Counted from the first letter of the stretch, positions 8,882 through 18,763 are shown. The stretch is DNA of 64,000 nt from an uncultured Acidobacteriota bacterium (GCA_963777605.1 CAVZRV010000030.1:192001-256000), one strand, 5' to 3'. The notes: generated from the sequence alone by a model not told the origin. Translations and numbers: made by a program.

Positions 8882-10321
8882 ATGTTCGATCGCCACAACC
8901 GGTTGTATTCCCGAATTCTCCTCGCGCTCGACGTCATCGTCGTAGTGCCCTCGCTGCTGCTCGCCTACCACTTTCGGGGATGGTTGCTGGCCTGGTCGCC
9001 GGAGCAGTTGAGCCGGCACTTCAATCCAATCCTGCTTCCCTTCGAGGACTACCTGACCTACGTGCTGCTCCTGCTGCCGGTCTGGATCCTGGCCCTTGTG
9101 CTGAGTCAGCGCTACGACACCCTTCTGCGGCAGCCGCTCATCCGTCAGTTCAGGCGGGTGATGGGGTTCGTGGCGATCTCGGGAAGTCTCATGGGACTGC
9201 TGAGCTTCACACTGAAACTGGAAATCAGCCGTCCCGTCTTCTTCAGCTTCCTGGCCATAATGTTTGTCGTTCTCCCGGCGAACCGATTTCTTCTGTACTG
9301 GGTGCTGCGAAGCCGGAACTTGGGTGAGCACAACCAGATTCGCATCATGATCGTGGGGACCGATGAGACCGCCCGGCGTGTTGGGGAACTGCTCATGGAT
9401 GCCCGCAAGTGGGGATTCCACCTGGTGGGCTACATCCGGACCAACGGCCGGAGCGGAGCGATCCCCGAAGAGATGACGGTGGGACGAATCGAGGATCTTC
9501 CCGGGGTCCTGCAGCTCGAGGCCCCTGCGGACGAGCTCATTTTCAGCGGGCACTCGAAGAAGGACCTTGATGACTACGAGGACGTAATTCGACTGTGCGA
9601 AGACCTGGGCATTCGAACCCGGATTGCAGCCGACTTCCTGCCTCCCTCCGCCGCCGCGGTGAACCTGGAGTTTCTCGAGAACCTCCCGCTGATCACGTTT
9701 TCCTCGGCCCCTGAACACAGCTTGGGCATTGTGGTCAAGCGGGCACTCGATTTCTCGGTTGCGGTGCTCTGCCTGATCGTGTGCTCGCCGATGATGCTGC
9801 TGACCGCCCTTGCGATCAAGTTCCGTTCGCCGGGACCGGTTTTCTATCGCCAGATCCGCTGCGGTCTTCACGGACGACGGTTCGAGTTGGTCAAGTTCCG
9901 CACCATGATCGAGGGAGCGGAGGACCGCCTGTGGGAGATTCGTCACCTGAACGAGATGGACGGGCCGGTCTTCAAAATGCGGAACGACCCTCGGGTCACT
10001 CCGCTGGGAGCGTTCCTCCGTAAGTTCAGCATCGACGAACTGCCCCAATTGTGGAACGTGATCAAGGGCGAGATGAGCCTGGTTGGGCCGCGGGCTCCTC
10101 TGCTGGAGGAAGTTCAGGCGTATGCTATTCCTCAGAGGAGACGGCTGAGCGTCAAGCCGGGGATCACCTGCCTGTGGCAGGTTTCGGGTCGAAACGACGT
10201 CAATTTCGATCAGTGGATGGAGATGGATCTCCAGTACATCGATAATTGGTCCATCTGGCTGGATCTGCGAATCATGCTGCGCACGATCCCGGCTGTTTTC
10301 AGCGGAAGGGGAGCGCGTTAG
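8882..10321 (+). CDS. Polyprenyl-phosphate phosphoglycosyl transferase (WcaJ/WbaP-type sugar transferase)
   Basis: N-terminal TMs, CoA-binding-like domain, C-terminal [34 protein letters not shown]. Confidence 0.92.
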   Translation: MFDRHNRLYSRILLALDVIVVVPSLLLAYHFRGWLLAWSPEQLSRHFNPILLPFEDYLTYVLLLLPVWILALVLSQRYDTLLRQPLIRQFRRVMGFVAISGSLMGLLSFTLKLEISRPVFFSFLAIMFVVLPANRFLLYWVLRSRNLGEHNQIRIMIVGTDETARRVGELLMDARKWGFHLVGYIRTNGRSGAIPEEMTVGRIEDLPGVLQLEAPADELIFSGHSKKDLDDYEDVIRLCEDLGIRTRIAADFLPPSAAAVNLEFLENLPLITFSSAPEHSLGIVVKRALDFSVAVLCLIVCSPMMLLTALAIKFRSPGPVFYRQIRCGLHGRRFELVKFRTMIEGAEDRLWEIRHLNEMDGPVFKMRNDPRVTPLGAFLRKFSIDELPQLWNVIKGEMSLVGPRAPLLEEVQAYAIPQRRRLSVKPGITCLWQVSGRNDVNFDQWMEMDLQYIDNWSIWLDLRIMLRTIPAVFSGRGAR

Positions 10322-10340
10322 CGCCGCGCCGTAGAGGATC

Positions 10341-11093
10341 ATGAGTTCGTCTGACCTGACTCTCGATGTGCTGGCTTTCGGAGCCCATCCTGACGATATT
10401 GAGCTGACCTGTGCCGGAACGGTCATCAAGCTGGCCCGTGCCGACTATCGGGTGGGAGCCGTCGCGCTGACGGCGGGTGAACTGGGCTCCCGGGGCAGCT
10501 TCGAGACACGGCGGGAGGAGTTCGACGAGTCCGCCCGGGTCATGGGAGTCTGCTTCCACGACGTGGTAGGCCTTCCCGACGGAAACATCCGTCCCGATCC
10601 TGAACAGAAGACCAGGGTAATCCGGGTAATCCGCGAACTGAGGCCGCGGATCGTCCTGGCCCCCTACTGGGAGGACCGGCACCCGGATCATGCCAATGCC
10701 GGACAGTTAATCAGCGAGGCCGCGTTTCTGGCGGGACTGAAGAAGATCGACACCGATCAGCAGGAGCATCGGCCGATTCGAGTTCTTTTTTACGCCTCCC
10801 GATACGAGTTCGCGCCGTCGTTCGTGGTTGATGTTTCGGATACCCATGAAGCCAAGCTCCGGGCGATTCGGGCCTATCGGTCCCAGTTCCACCATGACGC
10901 GATGGGCGAATTCGGCGAAGTAAAGACCAACATCAGCCATCCCGGCTTCCTGGAAGCGGTCGTGGCGAGAGCGCGGCAATACGGTTCGTACATCGGGACC
11001 GAGTTCGGGGAACCCTTCCTGGTTCGAGAACCGCTCCGGGTGGACGACCCGGTAGCCTTTTTTGGGCCAGCGTACACGAAAAGTTTCGTCTGA
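10341..11093 (+). CDS. bshB1: N-acetylglucosaminyl-malate deacetylase BshB1 (PIG-L family)
   Basis: AFGAHPDDIEL, GELGSRG, DRHPDH, AYRSQF; directly upstream of bshA. Confidence 0.9.
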   Translation: MSSSDLTLDVLAFGAHPDDIELTCAGTVIKLARADYRVGAVALTAGELGSRGSFETRREEFDESARVMGVCFHDVVGLPDGNIRPDPEQKTRVIRVIRELRPRIVLAPYWEDRHPDHANAGQLISEAAFLAGLKKIDTDQQEHRPIRVLFYASRYEFAPSFVVDVSDTHEAKLRAIRAYRSQFHHDAMGEFGEVKTNISHPGFLEAVVARARQYGSYIGTEFGEPFLVREPLRVDDPVAFFGPAYTKSFV

Positions 11094-11109
11094 AAGTGGA
11101 GAAGATAAC

Positions 11110-12234
11110 GTGAAAATTGGTATCGCCTGCTATCCAACCCACGGGGGAAGTGGCGTCGTTGCATCGGAACTGGCAAAGGGCCTGGCGGAGAGAGGGCACG
11201 AGGTTCACATCGTCAGTTACGCCACCCCGTTTCGCCTGGGATCCTACCACGAGAACATCTACATTCACGAAGTTGAGGTTGCGTCCTATCCGTTGTTCAA
11301 ATACCCGCCCTATGCGCTGTCGCTGGCGACCAAGCTGGTGGACGTCGCGTTGGAGTACAAGCTCGACCTGATTCATTCACACTACGCGGTGCCTCACGCA
11401 GCCAGCGCCTACCTGGCTCAAAAGATCCTTGGCGAGCAGCAGCTCAAGACCGTGACAACGCTCCACGGAACCGACATTACCCTGGTCGGACTGGACAGTT
11501 CGTTTCATCGGGTGATTCAGTTTGCGATCGAGCAGTCGGATGGAGTCACGGCCGTCTCCGAGTACCTGAAGCGCCGCACTCTCGAGGCTTTCGAGCTGAA
11601 AAAAGAGATCAAGGTGATCTACAATTTTGTGGATACCGACCGTTACAGGCCCGACGCCGAGCGCTGCTTCAGGGGGCACTTTGCGCCCAATGGGGAAAAG
11701 ATCCTGATGCACGCATCCAATTTCCGTCCGGTCAAGCGGGTCGGCGATACCGTTCGCTTGCTGGCCCGACTTCGGGATCGAATTCCAGCCAAGTTGCTGC
11801 TGGTTGGAGAAGGTCCCGAGCGGCTCTTTGTTCAGCAACTGGTCAAGGAGTTGGGGTTGACGAAGGATGTGATATTCCTGGGTCAGCAGGACTATCTCGA
11901 GCAGTTGATGGCCTGTGCCGACCTGCTCCTTTTGCCCAGCGAGCAGGAGAGTTTCGGACTGGTCGCCCTGGAAGCACATGCTTGCGGGGTGCCGGTTATC
12001 GGTTCTCTCACCGGAGGATTGCCGGAAGTTGTTAAGGACGGGGAGACGGGGTACCTGGTCCCGGTAGGTGAGATCGGCCTGATGTGCGAGCGGGCCGTCG
12101 AGTTGCTGTCTGACGAGTCAAAGCTGAACGCGTTTCGGATCCGGGCACGGGCGCTTGCGCTGGAGCACTTCAAGCGAGAGTCGATCATTCCCCAGTACGA
12201 GGAGTTCTACCAGCAGGTGATGGCGGGGGAATAG
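11110..12234 (+). CDS. bshA: N-acetyl-alpha-D-glucosaminyl L-malate synthase BshA (GT4)
   Basis: GIACYPTHGGSGVVASEL, HSHYAVPHA, TTLHGTDITLVG, SNFRPVKR, ESFGLVALEA; GTG 11110 with GGAGA RBS. Confidence 0.95.
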   Translation: MKIGIACYPTHGGSGVVASELAKGLAERGHEVHIVSYATPFRLGSYHENIYIHEVEVASYPLFKYPPYALSLATKLVDVALEYKLDLIHSHYAVPHAASAYLAQKILGEQQLKTVTTLHGTDITLVGLDSSFHRVIQFAIEQSDGVTAVSEYLKRRTLEAFELKKEIKVIYNFVDTDRYRPDAERCFRGHFAPNGEKILMHASNFRPVKRVGDTVRLLARLRDRIPAKLLLVGEGPERLFVQQLVKELGLTKDVIFLGQQDYLEQLMACADLLLLPSEQESFGLVALEAHACGVPVIGSLTGGLPEVVKDGETGYLVPVGEIGLMCERAVELLSDESKLNAFRIRARALALEHFKRESIIPQYEEFYQQVMAGE

Positions 12235-12236
12235 GC

Positions 12237-12263
12237 GGTCGGACGGCTCCGGCTCGTCCGACC
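12237..12263. terminator. Hairpin between the convergent bshA and methyltransferase genes
   Basis: GGTCGGACG-N9-CGTCCGACC. Confidence 0.5.
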
Positions 12264-12299
12264 TTCTGACCTGTGTGAGTTACCTGGGAAACACCGCTT

Positions 12300-13310
12300 C
12301 TATACCCGGTGGGCGAGGATGAGAAGCGTTTTCTCGGTGACCGCAACCGGGGCGGCCGGATCCAGGTCTGCGCTTCGGCACCAGTCGGAAGCCTCCTCAA
12401 CGGTGTAGCAGTCCCCGCCTTCCGTCCCGACCAGCATGTTCGCAGCGAACAGGAGACTCCACAGGGGCCCGCTCTTGCCGTCGCGTCCCCCGGCATCGAG
12501 AAAGAAATCCTTCAGGATCAGCATTCCCCCGGGGCGGAGTGCCCGGGCGCTCTTTGCGACCAGTGCCCGGTTGCGTTCCGGGGAATAGATATGCAGCACG
12601 TTGGATATGAAGGCAAAGTCATAGGGGCCGCCGAATTCACTCTCGAAGGCGTCGCCCGGAACTGTCGAAATGCGATCTTCGAGGCCCGCCTCGCGAATAT
12701 TCGCTTTTGCCACTTCGAGCGTTTCAGCGTCGTCAAGAATCGTGACCGAGAGAGCAGGATTACGGCGGGCAAACTCGATCGCGAAGGCACCGGGTCCACC
12801 GCCGATGTCGAGGAGTCGGTTCCCTGCGCTGAGGTCGAGCTTTTCGGCGACCAGGTTGGACGACTGTCTTGCCGAGTCTGCCATGGCCCGGGCAAAGGCC
12901 TCTTTTCCCGCGGTGATTCGTTGGTCTATTCGTTCATCGGGGACGGGCTTTCCGGTTCGCACCGAGTCGATCAGGCCCGACCAGCGTTCGTAGAGGCGGG
13001 CACCGTGGTGCATTTGCGCAAATTTCGAACGGGTGCCGTTCGGGCGGAGGCAGTCCAGGGCAACCTGGGTGTTTCGGTAGCAGATCCCGTTGCGTTCGAG
13101 AATCCCGAGGCCGACCAGCGCGTCGAGCAGGATTCTGGTTCCCCGGTGATCCAGAGCGAGCCGCTCGGCAACCGTTTGGGAGTCAAGTGCCTCCGTGCCC
13201 ATCGTGGAAAAGAGGTCGAGGCGGGCGGCTGTAAAGAGAATCTGGGCGGCCCGGTAGCCGCCGGCGATTTCGTCGATAGTACTGTCCGTGATGGGGAGCC
13301 GTTCATTCAT
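12300..13310 (-). CDS. SAM-dependent methyltransferase (Methyltransf_2 with N-terminal dimerisation domain)
   Basis: LLDIGGGPG SAM motif, GDAF, SNVLH, LRPGG; winged-helix N-domain; start set at ATG 13310 (AAGGA RBS). Confidence 0.88.
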   Translation of the reverse strand: MNERLPITDSTIDEIAGGYRAAQILFTAARLDLFSTMGTEALDSQTVAERLALDHRGTRILLDALVGLGILERNGICYRNTQVALDCLRPNGTRSKFAQMHHGARLYERWSGLIDSVRTGKPVPDERIDQRITAGKEAFARAMADSARQSSNLVAEKLDLSAGNRLLDIGGGPGAFAIEFARRNPALSVTILDDAETLEVAKANIREAGLEDRISTVPGDAFESEFGGPYDFAFISNVLHIYSPERNRALVAKSARALRPGGMLILKDFFLDAGGRDGKSGPLWSLLFAANMLVGTEGGDCYTVEEASDWCRSADLDPAAPVAVTEKTLLILAHRV

Positions 13311-13467
13311 ACTCTGATGTCCTTGCTGATGATCGATTAAGGTTCCGTTCAATTATAGCGGGCAGGCGGATAGGGAGCCGGAGTCTGCGGGAGAGGGCTC
13401 CGGGGCCTCCCTCTCTTGGTCAGTGCAATTTGCCGTTTTGTCGACCGATATTTGTATTCTTACGACA

Positions 13468-14274
13468 GTGACAATCGGCCTGCGCTACTTGGAGGGATGC
13501 GAAGAGATCCTGGTCCGAATCCGGGAACAGCTGCCGCTCATCGAAGAAGCGGCCCAGTGGTTTTCTGAAACCATCAGAGGCGGAAGGGTGGTGCACCTGT
13601 TCGGTTCCGGCCACAGCCGAATCATGGTTGAGGAGATGTGGCCCCGCTACGGATCATTTCCCGGGTTCAACCCGATCGTTGAACTCTCTCTGAGCTATCA
13701 CAACCCGGTTGTCGGCGCCAACGGACAGCGGCAGGCGATGTTTTTGGAGAATACAGCTGGCCTGGCGGAGCGAATTCTGAGAAACTTCGTGATCGATGAA
13801 GGGGATTCCGCTCTGGTGATTTCCTCAAGTGGCTGCAACGTTGTCCCAGTCGAAATGGCAAAGGGTTTTCACGATCGCGGTCTGCGGGTCGTCGCGATGG
13901 TCAGCCGTCGCCATTCGGAAGCAAGTAGGAGCAGCCACCCGAACGGTTGGAAGGTGCAGGATTTTTCCGATCTGGTGCTGGATACCGGGGCTCCTGTCGG
14001 AGACGCCATGGTTTGCCCCGAAGGATCGGAGTTGGCGGTTTCTCCCGGATCGACGATCGGAGGCTGTCTTCTCGTCAACGCGCTGAAAGCCGAAATTGCC
14101 CAGCGCCTCGTCCGGGCTGGACGCCCCCCGCTGGTGCTTTCCGCGTCTGCAGTTGTTGGCAAGGTAAAATCCGAACAACTATTCGAGGCCGCATACGACG
14201 AGCATGCGCGTCTTTTGTCTAAGCTATTCGATCAACCTCCAGCGGGTGATCAGGGGAGGGAATCGGGAGAGTAG
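13468..14274 (+). CDS. SIS-domain sugar isomerase-like protein
   Basis: VHLFGSGHS, VISSSG, DLVLDTGAPVGDA, PGSTIGG; probable GTG start at 13468, 7 nt after TATTCT. Confidence 0.85.
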   Translation: MTIGLRYLEGCEEILVRIREQLPLIEEAAQWFSETIRGGRVVHLFGSGHSRIMVEEMWPRYGSFPGFNPIVELSLSYHNPVVGANGQRQAMFLENTAGLAERILRNFVIDEGDSALVISSSGCNVVPVEMAKGFHDRGLRVVAMVSRRHSEASRSSHPNGWKVQDFSDLVLDTGAPVGDAMVCPEGSELAVSPGSTIGGCLLVNALKAEIAQRLVRAGRPPLVLSASAVVGKVKSEQLFEAAYDEHARLLSKLFDQPPAGDQGRESGE

Positions 14275-14318
14275 GCTTTGGGACCGACCGCGCCTGCTGC
14301 AGGCGCAGATCCAGGGAA

Positions 14319-15350
14319 ATGATGAAAGAGACTCCGCTTAGAACGACGGTCGTAGGCAGTTATCCGTTCCCCGGGTGGCTGGAATTTGCCATGAGCCGGG
14401 CTGATGCTTTTGGCCTGCTGGATCGCCGGGAGTTAATCGATGACGCGGTCACGGTTGCGATCTGCGACCAGGTCTCCGCCGGCCTCGATGTCATCACCGA
14501 CGGGGAACAGGCCCGGATCGATTTCAATCTCTCGTTTTATGCTTTTCTCGAGGGAATTGATCGTGAATCGGAACCGCTGCGCCGCTTTGGCCCTCCCGGC
14601 CACGATCAGCGTGGCAAGCACCGGGTCGTGGGGCAGCTTGCCGCACCTCGGGGCCTGGGGACGGTTGAGGAATTTGAACGCCTGAAGCGGCTGGCCCCCT
14701 CGGGTCCCGTCCTCAAGGCGAGCGTCCCGGGCCCTTACACGCTGAGCGGCCGCCTGGAGCCAAGCAAGGCCTACCCGGACCGGTATGCACTGACCGAGGC
14801 CCTGATTCCAATTGTCCGGAGTGAACTCGAAGCGCTGGTGCGATCCGGGTGCGGAGAGATTTGCGTTGACGAGCCGTCGATGAGCTGTTACGCCCATCGG
14901 GAAGATCCCGCGCGCTTCGTAGACATTTTCAACCGTACCGTCGAAGCGGTGAAAGGGCGATGCAGGCTCTCGACTCACCTGTGCTTTGGAAATTACAAGG
15001 GGCGGGCGGTGGCACCCCGAAGTTATCAACCACTGTTCCCGGCTTTTCTCGATCTTGATGTAGACGAAATCCATGTCGAAATGGCGAGCCGGGAGTTTTC
15101 AGAGATTGAAGTCATTGGCGAGATTGCGCCCAAGCGTGATGTTGCCGTCGGTGTCGTCGATGTGAAGAGCTACTACATCGAGCCGGTGGATGAGATCGTG
15201 GCTCGAGTCCACCGGTGCCTCGAACTGGTTTCGCCGGACCGGCTTTCGCTTGCTCCAGACTGCGGCTTGAGCCAGACGGCGAGATGGGCATCCAGAAGAA
15301 AACTTGAAAACCTGGTGAAAGGGGTTCTTGAGGTAAGGAAACGGTTATGA
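14319..15350 (+). CDS. Cobalamin-independent methionine synthase-like protein (single catalytic domain, Meth_synt_2)
   Basis: TTVVGSYP, ITDGEQ, DEP; Zn ligands in THLCFGN, HVE and PDCG. Confidence 0.88.
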   Translation: MMKETPLRTTVVGSYPFPGWLEFAMSRADAFGLLDRRELIDDAVTVAICDQVSAGLDVITDGEQARIDFNLSFYAFLEGIDRESEPLRRFGPPGHDQRGKHRVVGQLAAPRGLGTVEEFERLKRLAPSGPVLKASVPGPYTLSGRLEPSKAYPDRYALTEALIPIVRSELEALVRSGCGEICVDEPSMSCYAHREDPARFVDIFNRTVEAVKGRCRLSTHLCFGNYKGRAVAPRSYQPLFPAFLDLDVDEIHVEMASREFSEIEVIGEIAPKRDVAVGVVDVKSYYIEPVDEIVARVHRCLELVSPDRLSLAPDCGLSQTARWASRRKLENLVKGVLEVRKRL

Positions 15351-16282
15351 TTAAGCCAGTATTGAAGGATCAGTCCTTTCTGCGGAGTGTCCAGGCAGCA
15401 TCCAAGGCCTTGGACAGGCTGAACCTTTGGTGGTTGGGGCAGAGCGGTTTTCTTGTCCATTACGAAGGATTTAACGTGCTGCTCGATCCCTACCTGTCGG
15501 ATTCGCTGACTGAGAAGTACGCGCAAAGCGACCGGCCGCACGTGCGCATGACGGAGATCGTGGTTGACCCCGCTGAGTTGGGTTTCGTCGATGTGGTGAC
15601 GTCGAGTCACAACCACACAGACCATTTGGATGCCGGAACTCTAATCCCGATTCTGATGGCAAAATCGGAGCTTTCCCTGATCATCCCCGAGGCCAACCGA
15701 GATGCCGTGGCGGAGCGGCTCGGCTGTGACCGCGACTTGCCCATTGGGCTCGACGACGGCCTCAGCGTGAACGTCGGTCCGCTCTCGGTGACTGGAATTG
15801 CGGCTGCCCACGAAGATGTCGAGTTTGACGACGAGGGGCGTTGCCGGTACCTGGGCTACGTTATTCAGTTGGGGCCCTGGACCGTATATCACTCCGGGGA
15901 TACGCTCTGGCACGAGGAACTGGAAGAGCAGTTGAATGCATTTGCAGTCGATGTAGCTTTGCTTCCGATCAACGGCCGGGATCCGGAACGCGGAGTAGCC
16001 GGGAACCTGGACGGCCGTGAGGCCGCCCGCCTGGCCAAGGCGATCGATGCCAGGTTGGTAATTCCATGCCATTACGAGATGTTCGAGTTCAATACCGCCA
16101 CTCCCGACGATTTCATTGAGGAATGCGATCGACTCGGCCAGACTTGTCGGGTACTCCGCTGTGGGGAGCACTGGAGCGACCGCGAACTCGAAGATCTTGA
16201 CCAGGATGAAGCCAACTATGGCGGTCGGAACGGTGGTCGAGGGAGATCCAGAATCGACCAGGGTGAGTTTGAGGACAATTGA
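15347..16282 (+). CDS. MBL-fold metallo-hydrolase (UlaG-like lactonase)
   Basis: WWLGQSGF, DPYLSD, SHNHTDHLD, YHSGDT, LPING, IPCHYEMF; ATGA overlap with the upstream gene. Confidence 0.88.
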   Translation: MIKPVLKDQSFLRSVQAASKALDRLNLWWLGQSGFLVHYEGFNVLLDPYLSDSLTEKYAQSDRPHVRMTEIVVDPAELGFVDVVTSSHNHTDHLDAGTLIPILMAKSELSLIIPEANRDAVAERLGCDRDLPIGLDDGLSVNVGPLSVTGIAAAHEDVEFDDEGRCRYLGYVIQLGPWTVYHSGDTLWHEELEEQLNAFAVDVALLPINGRDPERGVAGNLDGREAARLAKAIDARLVIPCHYEMFEFNTATPDDFIEECDRLGQTCRVLRCGEHWSDRELEDLDQDEANYGGRNGGRGRSRIDQGEFEDN

Positions 16283-16294
16283 AAGGACAATTAG

Positions 16295-17203
16295 ATGGAA
16301 CGACCCAGTGGGCAGACGATTTCGAGGAGGGGAGTGTTGAAGGGATTGGGAGCGTCGGCGCTGTCTGCCGGGGTTCTCAGTTCTCCGGGCCTGGGCCAGA
16401 CCAAGGCCAAGGCCAAGCCGCACAATATGTGGGTTTCCCTGGCGGCCTACTCGGTACGTGATGCGCTGACCAGCGGGCGGATGGATCTGTTTCAGTTCAT
16501 CGACTGGTGTGCCCAGATGGACCTGGCAGGAGCGGAGCTGACCTCCTACTACTTTCCGGAGAAATTTGACGGAATGTACCTCCGCAGGCTGAGGAATCAC
16601 GCATTTCGGACCGGCGTGACCGTCTCGGGAACTGCGGTGAGAAATAATTTCTGCCTTCCGCCCGGCCCGGAGAAAGACCGCGAAATCGCCCACGTCAAGA
16701 CGTGGATCGACTATGCGTCCGAATTGTGGGCTCCCCACATCCGGGTCTTTGCCGGGGAACTTCCCAAGAATGCCGGCAAGCAGGAGGGTATCCAATGGGT
16801 CGCGGAGGGCATCAAGGCCGTCCTGGACCACGCCGCGGAAAAGGGCGTAGTGATCGGGGTGGAGAATCACGGCGGGATCACCGCACTGGCTCCCGACCTG
16901 CTGGCGATCTGCAATGCGGTGGGCAAGAGCCCGTGGTTTGGAGTGAACCTGGATACCGGTAATTTTCAGAAGGATCCTTACCGCGAGGTCGAGATGGCGG
17001 TTCCGCTTGCTGTCAACGTGCAGATTAAGGTTGAGGTCGTCGAAGGTGGAAAGAAGGTGCCGGCCGATTTGAACCGGATGGCGCGCATTTTGACTGACGG
17101 TGGTTATCGTGGCTGGGTGGCACTCGAATACGAAGCGGAAGCCGACCCCATGAAGGCGGTTCCGAACTATGTCCGCAGGCTCAAGGAACTGCTGGAAGTA
17201 TAG
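16295..17203 (+). CDS. Tat-exported sugar phosphate isomerase/epimerase family (xylose-isomerase-like TIM barrel)
   Basis: Tat signal SRRGVLK; IGVENHG, NLDTGNF, VALEYE metal-binding motifs. Confidence 0.88.
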   Translation: MERPSGQTISRRGVLKGLGASALSAGVLSSPGLGQTKAKAKPHNMWVSLAAYSVRDALTSGRMDLFQFIDWCAQMDLAGAELTSYYFPEKFDGMYLRRLRNHAFRTGVTVSGTAVRNNFCLPPGPEKDREIAHVKTWIDYASELWAPHIRVFAGELPKNAGKQEGIQWVAEGIKAVLDHAAEKGVVIGVENHGGITALAPDLLAICNAVGKSPWFGVNLDTGNFQKDPYREVEMAVPLAVNVQIKVEVVEGGKKVPADLNRMARILTDGGYRGWVALEYEAEADPMKAVPNYVRRLKELLEV

Positions 17204-17222
17204 TCGCAGGAGTGATGAGATT

Positions 17223-18029
17223 TTGAACAATTGGATCGCCCCTGTCGAGGTTCGTAGCGAAGACGTTGAGGAACTGAGAAGGGCCAAGTTGTTGTTGGAA
17301 CGGCCTAGCCTTGCGGTCAAGCTGACCGACGCCCTCGGTGCACCGATTGAGCGGGGATTCAAACTTCTGCCCGAGAAATGGTCCGAATCGATCAACTCGG
17401 CGGTGAGAGTCTCCCTGGAACGTGCGTTGACGGTTGCGGTGCGGTCACTGCGGTCAAGCGGGACCCGGTCCACGAGAAACCGGTTACACCGGTTGGCCGT
17501 GGCGGCAGCCGGGGCCGGCGGAGGGGCGTTCGGGCTGGCTGGACTGGTTGTCGAGCTCCCGCTCTCAACCACAATCATGCTTCGCTCGATTGCCGATATT
17601 GCCCGGTCCGAGGGGGAGGACATCGGCCGCATCGAAAGCCAGCTCGCCTGCTTGGAAGTGTTCGCCCTCGGTGGCCGCAGTCCCAAGGATGATTCAGCAG
17701 AGACCGGCTACTTTGCGGTCCGCTCTGCCCTGGCGGGAACCGTCAGTGAGGCCGCTCGCTACCTGACCGAGCGGGGGTTGACTGAAAAAGGGGCGCCGGC
17801 GCTGGTTCGGCTGGTGACGGCGATCGGCGGTCGCTTCGGTGTCGCGGTGTCGGAGAAGATCGCGGCCACCGCGATTCCCGTCCTCGGCGCTCTTGGCGGC
17901 GCGGTTGTCAACACCCTCTTCATCAACCACTTTCAGGACATGGCCAAGGGCCACTTTACGGTCCGGCGGCTGGAGCGGGCGTATGGGCGATCGGTGGTCA
18001 AGGACCTCTACAATCAGCTCGAGAGTTGA
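17223..18029 (+). CDS. EcsC family protein
   Basis: ELPLSTTIMLRSIADIARSEGED, CLEVFALGG, HFQDMAKGHFTVRRLER; start uncertain (TTG 17223 after AGGAG). Confidence 0.8.
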   Translation: MNNWIAPVEVRSEDVEELRRAKLLLERPSLAVKLTDALGAPIERGFKLLPEKWSESINSAVRVSLERALTVAVRSLRSSGTRSTRNRLHRLAVAAAGAGGGAFGLAGLVVELPLSTTIMLRSIADIARSEGEDIGRIESQLACLEVFALGGRSPKDDSAETGYFAVRSALAGTVSEAARYLTERGLTEKGAPALVRLVTAIGGRFGVAVSEKIAATAIPVLGALGGAVVNTLFINHFQDMAKGHFTVRRLERAYGRSVVKDLYNQLES

Positions 18030-18031
18030 GG

Positions 18032-18676
18032 TCAGAGGCCGAGCCAGGCATAGGCGAACCAGGTCCCCGCTTCTTCCTGGTAGCGGCGCACCAGTTCCCG
18101 GTTGGCTTCCGGTGCGGCGTTGGAGACCGGTTCTTCCTCTACCAGGTCCGGGTTCTGCTGCTGCAAGGCCTCAGATAGCTTCTCGAGGTTGAGCGATACG
18201 AAATTGGTGCCCAGGGCCTCGTAGAATTGCCCGCGGACCCAGCCGTACTCGTCGAGAGAGAACTTCTCCTGGTTCATTGCGTCAACCTGGACCTGCTTGA
18301 CTTTGAGAAGCGTGTCGCTGAAGTCCTTCCAGAAGGTCGCGAGTTCAGCAATGCCCGGTGGGTTGTCTGCCGAGGAATTGAAGCTCTCGTACTTGCTTTT
18401 GAGCATGTTGAGGTGGTCGCCCATCTGCTCCACGATGGTCCGCTGGACGCGGACGAATCGTTCGACCTGGGCGGCATTCAGAAGGCGGTCATCCGGGGGT
18501 GCGAACGGCTCCGCGTTCGAGACGCGGTTGTCCATGTCCGACATTTCGCCTACTTTCGCAAAACTGACGACGTATTCCTTGGCAGGCCTGTAAACGAAGA
18601 AATAGAGGCCGATGCTGCCGGCGATGACACCAATCAAAGCGAAAGCCACACAACCGAGGAGAATCTTCTTATTCAT
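18032..18676 (-). CDS. Hypothetical single-pass membrane protein
   Basis: Basic N-terminus and TM helix (MNKKILLGC...), helical soluble domain; coding-like codon usage. Confidence 0.75.
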   Translation of the reverse strand: MNKKILLGCVAFALIGVIAGSIGLYFFVYRPAKEYVVSFAKVGEMSDMDNRVSNAEPFAPPDDRLLNAAQVERFVRVQRTIVEQMGDHLNMLKSKYESFNSSADNPPGIAELATFWKDFSDTLLKVKQVQVDAMNQEKFSLDEYGWVRGQFYEALGTNFVSLNLEKLSEALQQQNPDLVEEEPVSNAAPEANRELVRRYQEEAGTWFAYAWLGL

Positions 18677-18763
18677 CAGAAAGGAACTATATACTAACCA
18701 GCGGCATAATTTATTAAGTGTCTAGAATAGATTCTTGAAGAGATCGGAAATCAGAGCGTAAGA

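Noticed and set aside
8828-10429. 533-aa minus-strand ORF (likewise 22346-24094, 56788-58191, 60517-61632, 12309-13340)
   Set aside because: Each lies antisense to a clear family gene and has no recognisable domain or start signal.
15641-17686. 681-aa minus-strand ORF
   Set aside because: Antisense shadow of three well-supported plus-strand genes, with no motifs. Long shadow ORFs are expected at high GC.
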